Origin: a candidate division WOR-3 bacterium
GTDB taxonomy: Bacteria > Hydrothermota > Tepidihabitantia > Tepidihabitantales > Tepidihabitantaceae
Reading direction: 5' to 3'
NCBI GenBank assembly: GCA_965649205.1
Contig: CBFGJV010000006.1
Coordinates: forward strand, 41,611 to 105,610
Length of the DNA: 64,000 nucleotides
The position numbers and the translations under genes were made by a program. The notes below the pieces were generated by a model, which was not told the origin of the DNA, did not search any database, and saw only the letters and a program-made list of their open reading frames with translations. Positions 59,955-64,000 of this stretch are shown here, piece by piece; position 1 is the stretch's first letter; the number at the start of each line of letters is the position of its first letter.

Positions 59955-62900
59955 TCACCGAGCCAGAAGTACCCGCGCTATTCTAACCTCATCCCCCTGA
60001 CGCAACTCAACAAAGTATGGTCCGGCCGGTACACGGTGGCCTGCATCATCACAGCCATTCCAGACGAGACCTGTGGGACAAAATGAGAAAAGTGTGCGAA
60101 CCTGACGGCCAGAGACATCAAAGATACAAACCTTCGCTGCCCGCCCTGCCCCATAAGTTGGATACAATGTAACGGAATAGCGAAATGGATTGGGATATAT
60201 TTTTATCTTTGGGTATGAAGGATAGGTTATGGGTTCCGCAATGCATGCCGGAGGCGAGGTACCGCCAGTCACTACCACATCATCAAGATAGAAACCTTCA
60301 CCCACATCCGCATCGTTGTCAGACTTGAATCCAAATTTCACCCGCACTGTCTCTCCCACCGCAAGAAAAGATAGGTCATACGTTTCCTCTAACCAATCGC
60401 TCTCAATGCCGTCCTCAACGCCAAAAACACCCTGCTCCAGCGCTCCGCCTGTTCCAATGAAATCCAACGTATCCTCCCGGTCTTTGCGCACAATAATGAC
60501 ATAGATTCCATCAACGCCATAATTCGGCACACTGAACCAGCGCCAGAACCGGAGGGTACAGTTTTCAGCCACCAGAAAAGGCAATGTAACCAGCCACGCA
60601 TTGGTATTGCGGTCGTAGCGCCTTGTTAAACTGTCTCCGCAATACCAGGCCCAACTACCGGAACGGCTGCGAAAAGAAGAAAGATGCCACCCGCTTCCCC
60701 TGCCTCCATAGGTCCATTTATCCGGACCTGACTCCATATCGTCTGTAAAACCGTAATCGCCCACCAGCAGACGCAGAGGATAGCTAAAAGCATACCCATC
60801 ACACCAGAGGTCTAAAAGCATCTCAGACAGGCACGGCTCAGGACATGAACCAGTGATTATTATCTGAAAACTATCAGAAGATACATTCCGACTCCCAGGC
60901 GATAACCTGTCCAGACTGATACTCTCTGGCTCCAATACCAATATGTTCGGGTCCCGGGAAATCAACTTGGCCCAGGTGTGGTGACTGAACCCATGGCCAA
61001 CATTATCAATCACTACTTTCAAACTCTTGGTCTGACCTGGCCGACCCGGCGGATTGGTGTAGAAGTGACGCTTTAGTACCAAACGGGGCAACCCCAACTG
61101 CAACAGAGGATAGAAACAACGCTGGTTTCCCGTTTGACCAGCGAGCAGTTCAAACCGCAACAATCTGCCATCGTCCGCGCAACTGTGAGTATACAACTGG
61201 AATGCCTTAACAAGGAAAACAGAATCGCCAGGCTGCAAAGCCGGCGTCAAGGCCATACTGTCAACAACTGTCACCACCGTATCACTTGTCCTCAAAAGCA
61301 GAGGCATTACCTCCAGAGGCGCACTGCCAGCGTTGTGCAACCAGACTCCCAGCCATACAGTCTCGTTCTCGTTCAGCACAGCGTCGTTGTTACCCAGAGA
61401 ATCATCTACCACCCAGCCCGTAAAGTTCAGATACGCGTCCTGCGTGCTTGGAACAGTCCTCTGCCAAGGCAGGAAGTTTCTCACCGTTACAGTAAGAACA
61501 AAGTCGCCGGCCGTATGTGGCTCCACCGCCATCCACGCTTCGCCTGCCGCATTGGTGCGAACAACGGCGTAAGACTCTCCCTTCTTCATCAGGCATACCC
61601 GGGCACCACTCACTGCTCTCCCCCTGGCGGATACAGTCACAAGTACCCGGTTTGCTGCCACGGGTATTTGGTCTGGCGCGTGTACCGTCAGAGTATCAGG
61701 TATTGCCGTCCAGATCGGCATTTCCGGGTCCCCCATCAGGTTCACCTGGTACTGATGCCAACGATAAACATTCTCTTCGCGAGAAAACGGAACAAAAAAC
61801 GCCTTGGCTTGAGCCAGTGCGGTCCCTATGCCGCCCGCAATCCCCCCCTGTACCACAGACCAGAACCTGTCGTCAAACTTCTCCGAATACCCGAAACCCG
61901 GATTTCCCGGCGAACCCCAACCATAAGACGAATTTCCGATGGTTGCCACTGTGCCACCGTTGGGATTCGTAACAAGGGCCTCCCCGATACTAACCGTATC
62001 GAAAGCCGTAGTCCAGCAGCCAATTGAATAGATTACCCCCCGGTAGGCGTTCGTGATGGTATCTGCGTCTCTTGTCCTTAAATAGTTCGGGTATCCTCCC
62101 ACGCTCATCACGTCAATCCAGCCATGGCCGTCATGATTCAGATAATTCTGCCCTGCACGGATAGCCTGCATTACGCTCACGCGACTCTGATTACCCAGGC
62201 TTTGATATAGCTTGGTAATCTCATACCCCGTCCGGAATGCCAATGCTTCCAGTCTGTTCTTATGAACTCCTCCGTCAGTATAGGGATCAGACCACATCAC
62301 TTCGGCAAAAAAGAGCGCCCGGTTATGCCTGACCTGAGTTCCTCCCCGCTCATATTCCAGCACCTTATTTACAAAAGCGCGCGCCTCGGCCAAATTGTCT
62401 ACCGGCGCCCGACCCACCCAAATATCAGGATACAGGTCAATAGAATCTGCCACCTCACCAAACACATTGTTTCCATTACGGTCCCAGTTCCCGTCCAAAT
62501 CAGCAAAGTATAAATCACAGGGCAACGAATCCTCGCGCGGATGCAGCCGGCCTTCGCTGGTCATAGCATACGCCTTGCGGAAAGGAATGATGCTCACATC
62601 TCCGCCCAGAAGAACATACCTCACCCCGGAATCTGGCAGGGTCTTCAGATAGTTGCGCAGCTTCTCGGCATTATCCCGACCCGGATAGTTGGCATACACC
62701 CAGTCGATATGGCGAATAACTGCAGGCACACCTTTCGCGGTCTTCCATTCCGTCAGACGCCCAAATACACTGTCGTACTCCCGCGCCGTCACCACCACAT
62801 ATTCGAAAAGCAAAGAACTGAAGAGGGCAAAGTCAGTTTGGACCGCATCCGTCTCGTATTCCACCTCAATATCAAACCCCCGGCAGTATTGCAGCTTCTT

Positions 62901-63362
62901 CTCTGCTCCAAAATAACGCACCGGATACAGAACCAGGTCAACAATGGTTCGTCCATCTCTAGTGCCTGTGCCAGTCCAGCGCCAGAAAGAAAAGGGATAA
63001 GGCCGCTCTGAGTTATACACCGCAAGGTTCGGTTCTGTGACACGCAGACCGTTGATTAAGCTCAACGGCGCCTGCCTCTGCGCCGGCTGCACCACAAGGT
63101 CTGCTCCAAGCTCCTCCCATCCCCGAGCAGAAACGCGTACGGCGGCTACTCTGCACCGCCCTGGTAGTTCAATACTCTGCGGCAAGACTGGTAACTGCGG
63201 CATCCCTGGTTCGTCGGTTACGTCCATATCGGTACCGAGAACCAACGCATATCCACCCGCCTCGGCAAGCTTGAACTGGTCGCGGCTGAAACTAACGTTC
63301 TGCCGCAATACGGCAGCGTGAGCTCCAAAAACAAGCAATAAAAACCACAAAAAATATCTCAA
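59955..63362 (-). CDS. Gingipain-like C25 cysteine peptidase with propeptide and T9SS/FlgD C-terminal domain
   Basis: WKTAKG, YVLLGGD, VGRAP, GHG, SIGC and LMGDP motifs; C-terminal IYPNPF...FDVSGRQV...GPYF. Confidence 0.9.
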   Translation of the reverse strand: MRYFLWFLLLVFGAHAAVLRQNVSFSRDQFKLAEAGGYALVLGTDMDVTDEPGMPQLPVLPQSIELPGRCRVAAVRVSARGWEELGADLVVQPAQRQAPLSLINGLRVTEPNLAVYNSERPYPFSFWRWTGTGTRDGRTIVDLVLYPVRYFGAEKKLQYCRGFDIEVEYETDAVQTDFALFSSLLFEYVVVTAREYDSVFGRLTEWKTAKGVPAVIRHIDWVYANYPGRDNAEKLRNYLKTLPDSGVRYVLLGGDVSIIPFRKAYAMTSEGRLHPREDSLPCDLYFADLDGNWDRNGNNVFGEVADSIDLYPDIWVGRAPVDNLAEARAFVNKVLEYERGGTQVRHNRALFFAEVMWSDPYTDGGVHKNRLEALAFRTGYEITKLYQSLGNQSRVSVMQAIRAGQNYLNHDGHGWIDVMSVGGYPNYLRTRDADTITNAYRGVIYSIGCWTTAFDTVSIGEALVTNPNGGTVATIGNSSYGWGSPGNPGFGYSEKFDDRFWSVVQGGIAGGIGTALAQAKAFFVPFSREENVYRWHQYQVNLMGDPEMPIWTAIPDTLTVHAPDQIPVAANRVLVTVSARGRAVSGARVCLMKKGESYAVVRTNAAGEAWMAVEPHTAGDFVLTVTVRNFLPWQRTVPSTQDAYLNFTGWVVDDSLGNNDAVLNENETVWLGVWLHNAGSAPLEVMPLLLRTSDTVVTVVDSMALTPALQPGDSVFLVKAFQLYTHSCADDGRLLRFELLAGQTGNQRCFYPLLQLGLPRLVLKRHFYTNPPGRPGQTKSLKVVIDNVGHGFSHHTWAKLISRDPNILVLEPESISLDRLSPGSRNVSSDSFQIIITGSCPEPCLSEMLLDLWCDGYAFSYPLRLLVGDYGFTDDMESGPDKWTYGGRGSGWHLSSFRSRSGSWAWYCGDSLTRRYDRNTNAWLVTLPFLVAENCTLRFWRWFSVPNYGVDGIYVIIVRKDREDTLDFIGTGGALEQGVFGVEDGIESDWLEETYDLSFLAVGETVRVKFGFKSDNDADVGEGFYLDDVVVTGGTSPPACIAEPITYPSYPKIKIYPNPFRYSVTLYPTYGAGRAAKVCIFDVSGRQVRTLFSFCPTGLVWNGCDDAGHRVPAGPYFVELRQGDEVRIARVLLAR

Positions 63363-63461
63363 GATGTCTCCTCTCTGGACATAACTACACCGAGAAGATT
63401 ATACGCCTAAGGACTTAATGTCACAACTCGCCGCCAGACAAACCGCAGACGAGGCAATTAA

Positions 63462-64000
63462 TTACGACCTATAGTAAATCAGTCTTCCTTTGAAAACAGT
63501 CGCCACCACCGGATTGTGGCCAAAGCGGTACGCAAGATGACGATAATCCGGTACGTCGGTGATAACAATGTCCGCCTGTTTGCCCGGTTCAATCGTGCCA
63601 ATCTCTGAGTCTAGCCTGAGCGCCCTGGCGGCATTGATAGTGACTCCACGCAAAGCCTCGACAATCGTCAAACCATAGTGGATACAGGCAAGCTGAAGCG
63701 TCAAAGGCTGAGCCAGCATCGTGCAGGAGCCGGGGTTGAAGTCTGTAGCCAGCGCTATTGTGATTCCCAGTTCTCGCATCCTTGCCACCGGTGGCTTGTG
63801 CTGCTCGCGCAAGAAGAAGCAGGTTCCGGGGAGCAACACCGCTACCACGTTCTTCTCTGCCATCTGCCGCAGTCCTTCATCCGACGGTTGCAACAGATGG
63901 CTGGCCGACACTGCTCCAACCTGAGCCGCAACCTCTGCCCCGCCTGAAGAATCAATCTCATCCGCGTGCACCGTGGGCAGAAGACCGTATCGCTTGCCCG
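63462..64000 (-). CDS. hutI: Imidazolonepropionase (5' part outside the window)
   Basis: HADE, SASHL, LLPGT, ATDFNPGS and GTIEPGKQAD motifs. Confidence 0.92.
   Translation of the reverse strand, partial: GKRYGLLPTVHADEIDSSGGAEVAAQVGAVSASHLLQPSDEGLRQMAEKNVVAVLLPGTCFFLREQHKPPVARMRELGITIALATDFNPGSCTMLAQPLTLQLACIHYGLTIVEALRGVTINAARALRLDSEIGTIEPGKQADIVITDVPDYRHLAYRFGHNPVVATVFKGRLIYYRS

Noticed and set aside
1..64000. CRISPR arrays, transposases, rRNA, and the many long antisense or overlapping ORFs in the track (e.g. 15268-16074, 61134-62027)
   Set aside because: No regularly spaced repeats or mobile-element motifs were seen; the shadow ORFs lack recognisable motifs and overlap well-supported genes.

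Overview
Chromosomal window from an anaerobic diderm bacterium, probably FCB-group and WOR-3-like (inferred from LptD/Mla genes, several T9SS-type cargo proteins, a gingipain-like C25 peptidase, Hdr/Mvh and NfnAB). Most of it is housekeeping: gap-pgk-tpiA, mlaEFD, alpha-2-macroglobulin/pbpC, dnaN, deoB-cdd, ribD-ribE-serS, an ECF sigma/anti-sigma pair, a detached rplR-rpsE-rpmD-rplO-secY block, ddl, nfnAB, secG-rplU, hdrB-hdrA-mvhG-mvhA, fabH, ftcD, hutI and two tRNAs. I saw no CRISPR array, rRNA or intact mobile element. The strongest novel signal is at 36010-38169. The two ORFs called there are one reading frame interrupted by a single in-frame UGA in a U-G-G-C (UxxC) context. The UGA is followed by a hairpin carrying the AGGUCU apical loop of the E. 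coli fdhF SECIS, which suggests a secreted T9SS-cargo selenoprotein. Other points: housekeeping promoters with a recurrent 16-bp -35/-10 spacer, many leaderless genes, and a class II aldolase-TrmH fusion with a probable AUA start and a C11 tract in its linker. All calls come from reading the sequence by eye; no searches were run.
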